Notes: generated by a model not told the origin, from the letters alone. A stretch of DNA of 64,000 nucleotides from Chloroflexota bacterium (GCA_034717495.1 JAYELL010000001.1:66649-130648), one strand, 5' to 3'; positions 47,884 through 58,464 are shown, counted from the first letter of the stretch. A program made the numbers and translations.

Positions 47884-48768
47884 CAGTTGCCTGCCGGGCA
47901 GCGGCCTCTCTTGGGCCGCGTTTAGGGTAACGATTTGGCTGGCGTTTTCGCCGATCTCGGTGCCCATGACGTGGGTGCCGTGGCTGGGGAAGCCTGGATA
48001 GGCGCCAACCGGGAAAGGAGACGGTGTACCAGAGACACTGGCCAGGCTGCGGGCATCCCACCAGTTGTAGTCATGGTCAAAGGGACCGGACAGCGTGCCA
48101 CTCTGGTTGCCTCGATACTGGCGCACCAGGGCCTCGTGGCTGTAGCGAACGCCCGTATCGATATTGGCTGCAACGATACCCTCGCCGCGAACGCTGTAGG
48201 TGTTCCATACCTGATCGGCGCCGATTTTGGCCACACGCCAGGCAAGCGCTTCGGAGTTTCCCGGGATAGCTTTTGTTGGCTCGATAACGGGATTGGGTGC
48301 CTGCACCCTGGGTTCGGCGATAATTTCCCTTACTTCCGGATAGGTGGCAAGGGCATTGGCTGCCTGCCGGTCCCCCTGAACCACGATCACGTTGGCGATC
48401 CAGTAGGGCTTTAAGTATGAAACCGTGCCAGCCAGGGCTTCGGCTTGCAGCGCCTACATTATTATTCTCCGTTGGCTGCTTTCCGCTGTGTCCCGCAGGG
48501 TGTCCTACACGAACTGGCCCCGGGCTGCCCAATCGTCGATCTCTTTGGCCCGACTCAGATTGGCCCGTGCATTCATGATCACGAAGAACCGCGCCTGGCC
48601 ACTTTCTGATGTGGCAATTGCCTCGATGAGCGTGCTGTCGACTGGGGCCGCATGGGCAGACGGGAGAAGGCCTGTCGGACTCGTCAACGGCATTCGAGAG
48701 CCATAAAATGGGATCAGGAAGATCACCGTCATCGCCGAAAGGAGAGCGACAATTCTGCCAAGCGTCAT
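47884..48768 (-). pseudogene. subtilisin-like (S8) serine peptidase remnant: signal peptide, propeptide and Asp/His motifs present, frameshifted, 3' half missing
   Basis: ORF 48505-48846(-) encodes the signal peptide MTLGRIVALLSAMTVIFLIPF after RBS ggagg. A different frame (47728-48390) carries S8 motifs NIDTGV (Asp) and HGTHVMGT (His), then degenerates. The Ser motif region would fall inside the BNR gene, so the gene is truncated. Confidence 0.55.
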
Positions 48769-48901
48769 GAGCACCTCCTGGTGCGGGCATGGGGACGCGC
48801 TGAGCGGAAATCTGACCTTAGGATGTTTGTTCGCGCGTCCTGACAACGGGGCATTCTAACCCAGAAAATTCAGGGCAGGCAAAGGAACAATAGAGTTTCT
48901 C

Positions 48902-49918
48902 TCAAAGATCGTCTCGCACCAGAATCCCTTTCTGAACCATGCCCGGGTTTTCCGTCATGGCTTTGAAGACCTGGGGTGCGTCCCAGAGGTTGAACTCGGT
49001 CGCCACGCGGGGATAGGTGATTGCCCCCGCCGCCATCAGCTCCAATGCCTCCGGAAAACAGTCTACCGACGCCCGGGATCCAAGGATGGTCATCTCCTTG
49101 CGGGTGAAATCGAGGGCGGGCAGGCTGACGGTTGTCCCCTGTTTAACCAGGCCAAGGATCACGATTCGCCCACCGGCGGCTACCAGGTCGACGGTTTGTT
49201 CCATGACCCGGGGGCTACCGGTGGCTTCAATCACCACAGGGAAACCCTCGCCGTCGGTTCGGTCCAGCACAGTTTCCAGCAAGTTGGCGTCAGCCAGAAC
49301 TGTATCCGCACCAAATTCGGCGGCAGTCCTCAGGCGTTCGGGCACGATATCTGTCGCCAGGACCCTGGCGCCGCGGGCCCGGGCCACCTCGATCACGGAC
49401 AGGCCGATAGGCCCTGTACCCAGCACCAGCACATTCTCGCTACCCACGCCGCCGCGACGACAGGCCTGCACGCCGATGGCGACCGGCTCGGCAAAGGAGG
49501 CTTCGGACAACGACAGGCCAGGTGGCACCGGATGTATCAGTTCAACCGGCGCTGTCAGATACTCGGCATATCCGCCTGGAAGATGGGCTCCGATGATGCG
49601 TAGATTGGCACAGCAATTGGACTTGCCGATGCGGCAGGGATAGCACTCGCCGCAGCCGATGAAGGGTTCGACGACCACCTGCGTTCCTGGAATCAACTCC
49701 TCGACACGGTTGCCAACCTCAACTGCTTGTCCAGCGATTTCATGTCCACAGATCATGGGGTAGATGACGTAGGGGTTTTTGCCCGTGTACGCGTAGAGAT
49801 CGCCAGCACAGATTCCTGCTGCCCCGACCTCGACCAGGACCTCTCGGGGTCCAGGAACAGGTTTTTCCCAGCTGCCGATCATTGAGTCGAAAGGGCCATT
49901 GATGATGAAAGCGCGCAT
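48902..49918 (-). CDS. zinc-dependent medium-chain alcohol/polyol dehydrogenase
   Basis: GICAGDLY..GHEIAG zinc ligands; CGECYPCRIGKSNCC structural Zn site; GTGPIG NAD motif. Confidence 0.8.
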   Translation of the reverse strand: MRAFIINGPFDSMIGSWEKPVPGPREVLVEVGAAGICAGDLYAYTGKNPYVIYPMICGHEIAGQAVEVGNRVEELIPGTQVVVEPFIGCGECYPCRIGKSNCCANLRIIGAHLPGGYAEYLTAPVELIHPVPPGLSLSEASFAEPVAIGVQACRRGGVGSENVLVLGTGPIGLSVIEVARARGARVLATDIVPERLRTAAEFGADTVLADANLLETVLDRTDGEGFPVVIEATGSPRVMEQTVDLVAAGGRIVILGLVKQGTTVSLPALDFTRKEMTILGSRASVDCFPEALELMAAGAITYPRVATEFNLWDAPQVFKAMTENPGMVQKGILVRDDL

Positions 49919-49985
49919 GGGTGATCTCCTGTTCGTGGGAACTCATTAGAGCGCATTGGTTCTCGTCGGAGCTTGGTGGAAACTC

Positions 49986-51035
49986 CTAAGAGCTCCCTAC
50001 TCCGTACTCATCCAAACTGACAACCTGGTTCCGCGCCGCCGACTCGTAGGCGGCATACACCAATTGCATCGTTTTCAGATTGTCCTCGCCAGTGTTTTCG
50101 GGCGGTTCACCCGAGCGAAACGCCCGCAGGAAATCCTGGTGAATCGGCACCATGCTGGCGTGGTTCACATCGTAAGCAGGGTCGGCCCAGGCATAGTGGG
50201 GGGGAGGAATGCGCCAGACCCGGGTGCCACCGTCCCTGGTCAGATGGATCCAGAAATCTGCCTTCAATTCCACGGTTCCCAATTCTCCCTCGATGAAAAT
50301 GATTTCTTCGGGAAAGTGCTCCCAGGCGACCTTGCTGACGAAACTCATGTCCACGCTACAGATGATGTCACCCATTCGCAGCAGGGCCGAAGCTACATCC
50401 TCTGCCAGGATATCATCCCGCACCCGGGAATGCTGGCAGTAGATGCTCTGGGCCTCGCCGAAAAAGAAGCGCGCCAGGTCGAACTGGTGGCTGCCCTGAT
50501 CGGCCACGATCAAACGAGGCAGTGTCTTGAGCAATGGCTGATTATCCCAGACGAAAGGCGCCAGGGCATGAAGGAATTGAAACCTGCCCCGGAACGGCTT
50601 GCCGATCTGGCCCTCGTCGATGACCCGTTTGACCTCGCGAATGGGGTGTTGCCAGCGATAGTTTTCGTGTACAAACAAGGAAACACCTGCATCTCTGCAG
50701 ACGGCCACCATCTGCTGTGCAGTCTGGTAGTCAGGTGCCATCGGTTTTTGGCAGATAACCGGCACCCCATACTGGGCTGCCAGTTCCACCAGGGCAGCAT
50801 GGGCTGCCACTTCGGTGATGATATCGACAAAATCCAGCTGCTCCTGTTGGAACAGGGTTTCGGCATCCCGGTAGACCTGTGGCACGCCAAACTTTTCGGC
50901 CACCGCCAGCGCTCTGCTGTGGGTTCGATTCCAGACCGCGACCAACTCCACACCACCGACCTCAAACCAGGCCGGGATCTGGTAGTGTGACCAGAAACCG
51001 GTGCCAAGCACCGCAAACCTCAACTTATCGGACAT
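49986..51035 (-). CDS. Gfo/Idh/MocA family oxidoreductase
   Basis: LRFAVLGTGFWSHYQ Rossmann N-terminus; CQKPMA motif; start at the internal Met (MSDKLRF). Confidence 0.8.
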   Translation of the reverse strand: MSDKLRFAVLGTGFWSHYQIPAWFEVGGVELVAVWNRTHSRALAVAEKFGVPQVYRDAETLFQQEQLDFVDIITEVAAHAALVELAAQYGVPVICQKPMAPDYQTAQQMVAVCRDAGVSLFVHENYRWQHPIREVKRVIDEGQIGKPFRGRFQFLHALAPFVWDNQPLLKTLPRLIVADQGSHQFDLARFFFGEAQSIYCQHSRVRDDILAEDVASALLRMGDIICSVDMSFVSKVAWEHFPEEIIFIEGELGTVELKADFWIHLTRDGGTRVWRIPPPHYAWADPAYDVNHASMVPIHQDFLRAFRSGEPPENTGEDNLKTMQLVYAAYESAARNQVVSLDEYGVGSS

Positions 51036-51206
51036 GACAACAGCTCCTCTGTCCAGCAATGCGTTTACAGAACATGCATTTCCTTGTCTACTGTTCTCAA
51101 AGTGGCGCTCTACCTCACGGATCGGCTAGCTAGCTCACGCACCGTCTGCTGACGTCACGCACCGCTTGCTGCCTCTCGGCACGCCTGCTGGCGTAGCGTG
51201 CTGCCG

Positions 51207-51322
51207 TGGCCGGTCTTTGCGAAGCACCCCGCAGCGCCAGCGAAGTGGGCCCGACCGTGCCAGCCTGCATTTTCATCGTTGCTGGTGCGCCAACGTTCAT
51301 GTTGACTTGTCTACTTGTTTCC
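51207..51322. repeat. left copy of a 116-bp near-identical inverted repeat (partner at 62368-62483), followed by cttgtttc/cttatcta octamer repeats to ~51347
   Basis: The reverse complement of 51207-51322 equals 62368-62483 with 2 mismatches (catgaacgttggcgcacc vs catgatcgttggcacacc). Confidence 0.8.
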
Positions 51323-51356
51323 TTATCTACTTATCTACTTGTTTCCTTGTCCCCCC

Positions 51357-52388
51357 TCACAACTCAAACAGAACCTTCATCGTCTCACTCGACCGGACCA
51401 GTTCAAATCCACGCTCATATTCCTCCAGTGGCAAGACATGGCTGATGAGCGGCTTCAGATTGATCATTCCTGCCTCCACCAGCTGTACCATGCGCCGCCA
51501 GGTCTCCCACGTGCGGCCCATGGTGCCAAATAGCTTGATCTCGCGGCGGGTCAAGGCGAAGAAGGGATTGATTGACACCGGTGCATCGAAGGTGCCGATC
51601 GTGACCACAGTACCGGCATTGCGAACCAGAGCCAGGGCCTGTTCCAGTCCCGATTGTGTGGCTGCTGCTTCGATTACGAAGTCAGCGCCCCGCCCATCGG
51701 TCATCGCCTGAACCCTGGCGACGGGATCCTCCCGGCTGGCATCGACCACGGTGCCAGCACCGATCGTTGTGGCCAGCTCGAGACGGGGCGCTGACAGATC
51801 GGTCAGGATCACGGTGGCGCCATAGGCTGCCAGCGTCTGGCCTGCCAGGATTCCAATGGGTCCACAGCCGACCACTACGGCGGTGTCGCCTGGATCGTGG
51901 GGCTCGACTTCGACCGCGTGGACGGCGATACCCAGGTTCTCCAGCAGCGCACCCTCGGCCATCCCCAGGCTGTCGGGCATTCTGCAGAGCGACCCCTCGG
52001 GAAGCACCCCGTATTCGGCGAAGGCTCCCCGTTGTTTGCCGTAGATTTCCCGTTCCAAACACATGTTGGTGGCACCTTTGCGGCAGAGAAAACAATGGCC
52101 GCAATGGATCAGTGGATCGACTACGATGCGGTCGCCCGGTTGGAAGCGCTTGACGGCATTGCCAACCTCGGCCACAACACCCGATACCTCGTGGCCCAGT
52201 ACTGTGGGCAGCTTCAATGTCGAATCGTTGGCGGCCCACTCGTTCCAATCGTAGACCTTGACCTCGCCCACGCAGATGGCGCAGTACGCGACCTTGAACA
52301 GAACGTCGTTGGGATGTTCGATGCCGGGCCTTGGAAGGTCTCGCAGCCAAAGCCCGGGCCCCGGCCGCTCTTTCACGAGGGCCTTCAT
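51357..52388 (-). CDS. zinc-dependent medium-chain dehydrogenase (threonine/sorbitol-DH-like)
   Basis: CAICVGEV..GHEVSG; CGHCFLCRKGATNMC; GCGPIG. Confidence 0.8.
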   Translation of the reverse strand: MKALVKERPGPGLWLRDLPRPGIEHPNDVLFKVAYCAICVGEVKVYDWNEWAANDSTLKLPTVLGHEVSGVVAEVGNAVKRFQPGDRIVVDPLIHCGHCFLCRKGATNMCLEREIYGKQRGAFAEYGVLPEGSLCRMPDSLGMAEGALLENLGIAVHAVEVEPHDPGDTAVVVGCGPIGILAGQTLAAYGATVILTDLSAPRLELATTIGAGTVVDASREDPVARVQAMTDGRGADFVIEAAATQSGLEQALALVRNAGTVVTIGTFDAPVSINPFFALTRREIKLFGTMGRTWETWRRMVQLVEAGMINLKPLISHVLPLEEYERGFELVRSSETMKVLFEL

Positions 52389-52389
52389 G

Positions 52390-53142
52390 TCAGCATCCCT
52401 CCCTGTCTACGACTGGCGCGGCCAGCTGGGCGTATCGCTCCGTATTTTTTCGCATCTGCTCAAGATTGTCGCGCATGGCCTGCCGGGCTCCCTCGGCATC
52501 ACGTGCTTCGATTCGTTCGAGCAGCCGTCTGTGATGGGGGATGTTGTCTTTCCAGGGATCGAGAAAGACCGTCACCAATGCAATGTATTCGTACAGGAGG
52601 TCGCGGATGGAGTCCATCAGGACGATCAAGAGAGGATTGTGGGTCATTGCTGCGATTGCCCTGTGGAACTCGGTGTCGTGGACCGCCAGCAGTTCGACGT
52701 CGGCCTGAGCCGCTTCCATGCTTTCGAAGATTGCCCTGAGGTGGGCTAATTCTCCGTCGGTGGCCTGGCAGGCGGCAAGGCCACCAGTCTCTACCTCCAG
52801 TATCGACCGCACCTGGTGAAGGTCGTGAAAGGAAATCGTTCCGCTTCCGTGGGCTCGCAAGTAGAGACCCAGGGGCTCCATCACCTGTTGGCTGGTCAGC
52901 TGCCGGACCTGGGTACCGACGCCGTGTTGTGTTTCCAATAAGCCCTTGGCTACAAGGATGCCCACCGCCTCACGCACGACGGTACGGCTGACGCCGAGTT
53001 GTTCGGCAAGTTCCCTTTCCGGGGGCAGTCGCGTTTCCGGTGCCAGGTCACCCTGGACGATCAGCCCTTCGATTTCCAGGACTACCTGGTCAACCAGGTT
53101 TTCTTTTGTTCCGACTGCCCGAAACGGGCTGCCTGGGTTCAT
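52390..53142 (-). CDS. GntR-family transcriptional regulator (FadR/FCD subfamily)
   Basis: N-terminal wHTH (LPPERELAEQLGVSRTVVREAVGILVAKGLLE) with a C-terminal all-helical FCD-type domain. Confidence 0.8.
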   Translation of the reverse strand: MNPGSPFRAVGTKENLVDQVVLEIEGLIVQGDLAPETRLPPERELAEQLGVSRTVVREAVGILVAKGLLETQHGVGTQVRQLTSQQVMEPLGLYLRAHGSGTISFHDLHQVRSILEVETGGLAACQATDGELAHLRAIFESMEAAQADVELLAVHDTEFHRAIAAMTHNPLLIVLMDSIRDLLYEYIALVTVFLDPWKDNIPHHRRLLERIEARDAEGARQAMRDNLEQMRKNTERYAQLAAPVVDREGC

Positions 53143-53173
53143 GGAGTCTCTCCCGAAGCTGTGGTCTTGGACA

Positions 53174-53950
53174 TCAGCCGATCCTTTGCGCCATCAGAGG
53201 CATGTACAGGCTTTGAGCGCCATCGACGCTGACAACCTGACCGCTAACGTGCCCTGCGTCTTCTGAGGCAAAATAAGCGACCAGATGGGCATGGTCGCTT
53301 GGATCTGCCATCTTGCCGGCTGGGATGAGGGCCGTCATGGCGTCCAGATCGAGGTTGCGGTCGACCGCCGATTCTGCGAGCATCTCTGTCCAGGTCATTC
53401 CCGGGCAGACGGCGTTGACGGTAATCCCGTGAGGTGCCATTTCTACTGCCAGGCAACGGGTGAAGTGATTGACAGCAGCCTTGGCGGAACAATAGCCGAT
53501 CTGCTTTTCGCGGGCGATGATTCCGGCAATAGACGATATGTTTACGATTCTCCCGCCGGATCGGGGTATCATGCGCCGGATGGCAGCCTGTGAACAGAGG
53601 AATACCCCCTTGGCGTCCACATCGAAGCAGGTGTCCCAGTCGGCTTCGCTCATATCCGCGGTAGGTCCGGTGCGCAGGGCGCCTGCGTTGTTGACAAGCA
53701 GCCACAGGGGACCCAGCCGATCTTCAGTTTGTGCCACCATGCGCTCGACAGCGGTTTTTTGGCTGACGTCGGCGCGGATGGCGATGGACTGATAGCCTGC
53801 GGTCTGGAGGGTTTCGGCGGTCTGCTCGACCTCCCTGGAGCGTGCGGCCACTGCCACGGCCATGCCCTTCGAGGCAAGCACCCGGGCGATCTCGCGGCCA
53901 ATCCCTTTGCTGGCACCTGTTACCAACGCTACCTTGCCTTGCAGATCCAT
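53174..53950 (-). CDS. SDR-family oxidoreductase
   Basis: TGASKGIG Gly motif, NNAG, YxxxK (YCSAKAA). Confidence 0.85.
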   Translation of the reverse strand: MDLQGKVALVTGASKGIGREIARVLASKGMAVAVAARSREVEQTAETLQTAGYQSIAIRADVSQKTAVERMVAQTEDRLGPLWLLVNNAGALRTGPTADMSEADWDTCFDVDAKGVFLCSQAAIRRMIPRSGGRIVNISSIAGIIAREKQIGYCSAKAAVNHFTRCLAVEMAPHGITVNAVCPGMTWTEMLAESAVDRNLDLDAMTALIPAGKMADPSDHAHLVAYFASEDAGHVSGQVVSVDGAQSLYMPLMAQRIG

Positions 53951-53973
53951 AATAATTCACCTCCACCGGTGCC

Positions 53974-54735
53974 TCACATTGCAGTCATGCCACCATCCAC
54001 CACGTAGAAACCGCCAGTGCAAAAACTGGACTCGTCGGAGGCGAGGAACACCGCCAGACCCACCACATCTTCGGGCTGGCCGATTCGGCCCATGGGAATG
54101 GCTTCGGCCAGGCGTTGCGGGACCCCCTCGTCCTCGAGCACGGCGGAGATCATCGGCGTTTCGGTGGTGCCGGGACAAAGAGAGTTGACCCGAATGTTGT
54201 CGCGGGCATAATCTATGGCCATGATCCGTGTCAGCCCGATCACGCCACCTTTGCTGGCGCTGTAAGCGGTGTACCCTGGAGCGCAGGCGCGATAGCCGGT
54301 CGGAGACCCGACGAGGATGATGGACCCTCCGCCTTGCTGAAGCATAAACGGGATAACGGCCTTGGCGCAAAGCCATGAACCCTTCAGATTCACGGCAACC
54401 GTGCGGTCCCAAATATCCTCGGACAGCTCGTGGGCCCGACTATCGGCGCGCATAAACTGGATACCGGCATTGTTGTAGAGAATATCGACCCTGCCGAATC
54501 GTTGAATGGCCACGTCAACCATGGCCTGCACACCGGCGAATTGCGTGACATCGGTCATGATGAAGGTGGCTACGCCGCCGGCATCCTGGATGATCGAAGC
54601 TGTCTCGCGGCAGAGGTTCCGCTTGATGTCAGCAAGCACCAGTCTGGCGCCCTCTTTCGCATAGCCAGTGGCTACAGCTCGACCCATTCCTGCGCCTGCG
54701 CCAGTAACGATGGCTACTTTATCCTTCAATCTCAT
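53974..54735 (-). CDS. SDR-family oxidoreductase
   Basis: TGAGAGMG, NNAG, YSASKGG; RBS gaggag before the chosen Met. Confidence 0.85.
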   Translation of the reverse strand: MRLKDKVAIVTGAGAGMGRAVATGYAKEGARLVLADIKRNLCRETASIIQDAGGVATFIMTDVTQFAGVQAMVDVAIQRFGRVDILYNNAGIQFMRADSRAHELSEDIWDRTVAVNLKGSWLCAKAVIPFMLQQGGGSIILVGSPTGYRACAPGYTAYSASKGGVIGLTRIMAIDYARDNIRVNSLCPGTTETPMISAVLEDEGVPQRLAEAIPMGRIGQPEDVVGLAVFLASDESSFCTGGFYVVDGGMTAM

Positions 54736-54811
54736 GGTGGACTCCTCTTCATTTTCCACGCCATTGACGCCAACTATCCATTCTTAGTAACCCATCGATC
54801 GAACACTTTGT

Positions 54812-55612
54812 TTACGCGTCAATGTCGCGTAGCCACGATCCACCAGCTTCAAAACCACCGTCGATGATGATGTTTTGGCCGGTGATGTAGGAGGAGGCGT
54901 TGGAGGCGAGCAGCAACGTGACACCAACCAAATCCGATGGGTTCCCCGGGCGCCGTGCAGGAATCCGCTGTCGGAACCAGCGTGCTTTTTCCTCATCTTG
55001 CCAGAGCGGCCGGGAGAGGGGAGTCAGCATGAAACCAGGCGAGATGCAGTTGATCTGGATGTTATCCGGTGCCCATTCCACCGCCATCGCCTTGGTCAGC
55101 TGAGCCATTCCTCCCTTGCTGGCGCCATAGACGGAAACAGTGTCAAGGGCAAAGGTAATGTTGATCGACCCGACATGGATAATCTTGCCGCCACCCTGAG
55201 AGCGCATGATCGCGTGGGCAGCCTGGCTCAGGAAGAAGACGCTACGCAGATTGACCGCCGTGATGATCTCCCAGTCCTCCTCGGTGACTTCGGAAATTGG
55301 CTTGCGGCGATTGGTAGCCGCGCAGTTGATCAGGATATCGAGGCGGCCGGTGGCTGCGACCAGGTCGTCCACGAGATGGCGGCAAGCATCGACATCGGCC
55401 ACGTCCGCGACCAGTGGCACGGCCTTTTGACCGGCTTGCTCGACCATGTCGCAGGCGATTCGCACCCGTCCGAGATCGCGGCCGTGTACGCCGACGGTTG
55501 CGCCTGCATCAGCCAATGCCCCTGCCAGCACTTGTCCGATACCGCCTGAGGCGCCGGTGAGCAGGGCTGTCTTGCCGCCCAAAGAAAAAAGTCTCTCAAC
55601 AAACGAGCTCAT
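54812..55612 (-). CDS. SDR-family oxidoreductase
   Basis: TGASGGIG, NCAA, YGASKGG. Confidence 0.85.
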   Translation of the reverse strand: MSSFVERLFSLGGKTALLTGASGGIGQVLAGALADAGATVGVHGRDLGRVRIACDMVEQAGQKAVPLVADVADVDACRHLVDDLVAATGRLDILINCAATNRRKPISEVTEEDWEIITAVNLRSVFFLSQAAHAIMRSQGGGKIIHVGSINITFALDTVSVYGASKGGMAQLTKAMAVEWAPDNIQINCISPGFMLTPLSRPLWQDEEKARWFRQRIPARRPGNPSDLVGVTLLLASNASSYITGQNIIIDGGFEAGGSWLRDIDA

Positions 55613-55718
55613 GATTTCCGTTTCCTTGCCTGCTGATTATTGCCTGGAACCCGATCCGGATTGTTCGGCCAACCTTGTTTCTACGGGCAGCACATCAATC
55701 CGGAATCAGCGGTACCAT

Positions 55719-56681
55719 CTAGACCACCCGGTACAGCGGTTCGTCGCCACGCAGCGCCCGCAGGCAGTTTTCCAGGCACATTTTCCCTTGCTTGCGCTGG
55801 GCGTCGACGGTACGGCCGCCCAGGTGAGCGGTGAGCACGACGTTATTGAGGTCGAGCAGGGGACTGTCGACCGGGGGTTCCGTGACAAAGGCGTCCAGGC
55901 CGGCTCCTGCAATCTGACCTTCCTGAAGAGCAGTGACCAGCGCCTCTTCGTCCACCAGCGCGCCGCGGGCGGTATTGACCAGTATTGCCGTTGGTTTCAT
56001 CATGTCCAGCTCGCTGGCTCCAATCAGTGGCCCATCGATCATTTCGACTGCCGCGTGCAGCGACACAACGTCGGCTTGAGCGATCAGCTCGGCAAGAGAC
56101 GCGAAAGTAACCCCATTTTCGGCCGCCCATGCAGAATCCGGGTAAGGGTCGAAGGCCAGAACGGTCATGCCAAAGGATCGTGCCCGCAAGCAGACTTGCT
56201 TGCCGATTCGTCCCAGCCCGACGACTCCCATTTTTTTGTCCTGCAATTCCATGCCATAGACTGCCTGCCAACCACCCTGGCAAACATCGTTGTGGCTGCG
56301 CACCACACCACGTGCCACAGCCAGCAACAGGGCCATGGTCAGGTCTGCTACCGAGTGATGGTTGGTGCCCGGCGTGGCGGAAACGACAATGCCTCGGGCC
56401 TGGGCTGCATCCAGATCGATGGTCTCCAATCCTACGCCATGTTTGGCAATCGTGCGTAAACTCACGGCCGCGTCGATCACCTCGGCCGTGAGTTCATCGG
56501 TGCCGGTGATGATGGCGTCCATGCCGGGCAGAATCTCAAGCAATTCCTCGGCCCGGTAGGCTCGTCCGACGCTGTTAGGGATGACCTCGCAGCCAGCTTG
56601 TTTGAGTTGTGTGATATGCTCGGGAATTCGTTTTCCAAAGGAACGAGAGCCGATCAGCACTCGCCATTTTCTTTCGGTCAT
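55719..56681 (-). CDS. D-isomer-specific 2-hydroxyacid dehydrogenase family protein
   Basis: GVVGLGRIGKQV NAD motif; catalytic region RGALVDEEAL..; substrate-binding N- and C-lobes; RBS aaagga. Confidence 0.8.
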   Translation of the reverse strand: MTERKWRVLIGSRSFGKRIPEHITQLKQAGCEVIPNSVGRAYRAEELLEILPGMDAIITGTDELTAEVIDAAVSLRTIAKHGVGLETIDLDAAQARGIVVSATPGTNHHSVADLTMALLLAVARGVVRSHNDVCQGGWQAVYGMELQDKKMGVVGLGRIGKQVCLRARSFGMTVLAFDPYPDSAWAAENGVTFASLAELIAQADVVSLHAAVEMIDGPLIGASELDMMKPTAILVNTARGALVDEEALVTALQEGQIAGAGLDAFVTEPPVDSPLLDLNNVVLTAHLGGRTVDAQRKQGKMCLENCLRALRGDEPLYRVV

Positions 56682-56689
56682 CCGTTGTC

Positions 56690-56975
56690 CTTTCGTTATG
56701 TCGGAATGTCATCATGCCATCATGTCATTGCGCTGTCACCGCGTCACCGTGTCTTCCTTTCGCCGTGTCTCCCTATCTCTACGTCTCCGTGTCTCCCTAT
56801 CGCCGCGTCCCCGTGTCGCCCTATCGCCGTGTCACCGCGTCTCCCTATCTCTACGTCTCCGTGTCTCCCTATCGCCGCGTCCCCGTGTCTCCCTATCGCC
56901 GCGTCACCGCGTCTCCCTATCGCCGCGTCACCGCGTCTCCCTATCGCCGCGTCACCGCGTTTGTCTCAAGAATCG
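56690..56975 (-). repeat. long 8-bp-phased repeat array (24-bp super-period, about 33 octamers) upstream of the minus-strand dehydrogenase operon
   Basis: On the top strand (cgccgcgt caccgcgt ctccctat)n. In gene sense this reads gacgcggtgacgcggcgatagggagac..., the same family as 11684-11923. It ends in gacattccgacat 15 nt before the ATG at 56681. Confidence 0.6.
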
Positions 56976-56982
56976 TTCAACC

Positions 56983-57648
56983 TCACCGCTGCTCCTCTAT
57001 CAGATTCCGCATCTCCACCACCTCGGCTGCCATGTCAGGCACACGGTAGATGCCACCACCAAAGGCGATGGATGTGGCGCCGGCTGCCAGGAGATCAGGA
57101 AGATGTTGGCGCTTGACGCTGCCAGCAATCTGAATGTCGAACGCCACGCCGGCGCTATCGGCCAGAGAGCGAGCCGTGCTTAGCCGTGGCAGAACCAGGG
57201 GATTGAACACAGCCCCTCGGCTCCCCTCGCCCGTCACCCGGGAAAGCAGAAGGATGGCATCCACCAGGGTGATTACGGGCTCCAGCAAGGCCAGCGGCGT
57301 TCCCAGCGTGAAGGCCAGGCCCACGGTCACGCCCAGCTCGCGCACGAAGAAGAGATCCTCGTAGGGCATGGTCGAACTCTCCACATGGAAGAGTATCAGA
57401 TCTGCGCCTGCGTCGGCCAGTTGCGGCGCCACATGGCGTACATTAGTCACGCCCAGATGTACCTCAAAGGGTAACGCCGTCAGCGGTCGCAAGGCAGCAA
57501 TGGTGCGGGGTGAAAAACCCAGGTCGGCGACAAAATGACCGTCGAAGACGTCGTGATGGATGAAATCGAGCCCGGCCGCTTCCAGCCGTGCGATCTCATC
57601 AGCCAATCGCCCGTGATCGCCATTGAAGAGAGCCGCACCCAGCCGCAT
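56983..57648 (-). CDS. ribulose-phosphate 3-epimerase family protein (canonical metal site)
   Basis: FIHHDVFDGHFVADLGF (HxDxxDGHFV) and EVHLGV present; about 220 aa from the internal Met (MRLGAALF). Confidence 0.7.
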   Translation of the reverse strand: MRLGAALFNGDHGRLADEIARLEAAGLDFIHHDVFDGHFVADLGFSPRTIAALRPLTALPFEVHLGVTNVRHVAPQLADAGADLILFHVESSTMPYEDLFFVRELGVTVGLAFTLGTPLALLEPVITLVDAILLLSRVTGEGSRGAVFNPLVLPRLSTARSLADSAGVAFDIQIAGSVKRQHLPDLLAAGATSIAFGGGIYRVPDMAAEVVEMRNLIEEQR

Positions 57649-57728
57649 GCCAGTGCCATTTTTGAATTGCTGCTCCATAGGTAAATCCTCGATTTTGCCA
57701 CTCCAAAAAAGCCTGAATGTGTCAGGTC

Positions 57729-58391
57729 CTAAGCCTCCGGCTCAATGGCTATGGCGCGCACCGGACACGAGTCGAGGCCTACGACCGGCCATGGCAGAGC
57801 GATCAGGAAGATCCGCTGCTGCTGCAATTCGGTCAGGTTGGTCAGGCATTCGATGATAGGTACGCCGGCGTTCATGGTCAGGCGGTGGTTGGGATGATGG
57901 CTGACACCGCGTACCTCGAAACCGGAACTATCGGTGCCCAGGCAGTTGATTTTTCGATTCTCCACCAGCCATCGTACCGCCTCTTCGGTGATATAAGGAC
58001 GATCGTGGGAGGTTGGCGTTCGATACTGGGTGTGGCGACCCGTCATAGTCAACACGCGGTCTCCAACCTGGATATTGCCGGCGTCCTGCATTTCCTCCAG
58101 CGTGATTGCTTCGTTGACGCCCTTGTGGCGGAAATCCAGGACGATGGCCGGGCCCATCAGGTTTTCAATGGTGAGACTGGCAGTGTCGCCGCCATCTTCG
58201 ACAAAGTGCAGGGGTGCTTCCACATGCGTCCCGACATGGGACCACATGTACACAGTCTTCATGATATCGCCTTCGGAACCCTTGCGTTGATCGCGCTGGG
58301 AAATCTCCAGCGTATATTGTTCTTTGAAGGGATGCAGAACGTGGGTAAGATCTACGATCCTGCCTGTCGGAATGCTGACCTGGTTGAACAT
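57729..58391 (-). CDS. cyclase-family protein (kynurenine-formamidase-like fold)
   Basis: SHVGTHVEAPLHF matches the cyclase HxGTHxDAPxH motif; 220 aa. Confidence 0.7.
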   Translation of the reverse strand: MFNQVSIPTGRIVDLTHVLHPFKEQYTLEISQRDQRKGSEGDIMKTVYMWSHVGTHVEAPLHFVEDGGDTASLTIENLMGPAIVLDFRHKGVNEAITLEEMQDAGNIQVGDRVLTMTGRHTQYRTPTSHDRPYITEEAVRWLVENRKINCLGTDSSGFEVRGVSHHPNHRLTMNAGVPIIECLTNLTELQQQRIFLIALPWPVVGLDSCPVRAIAIEPEA

Positions 58392-58464
58392 CTGTGGTAT
58401 GTGCTCCTTTTGCTACTGTCGGTCCGGGCAAAACTTCAGCCCGGCCTCGTCTGATTCACTGAAG

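Noticed and set aside
51206-51445. Hydrophobic mini-ORF (MAGLCEAPRSASEVGPTVPACIFIVAG...) inside the inverted repeat, mirrored at 62126-62446
   Set aside because: The peptide identity is a trivial consequence of the DNA duplication. The ORFs run antisense to the adjacent genes through repeat DNA and have no RBS. They are treated as non-coding.
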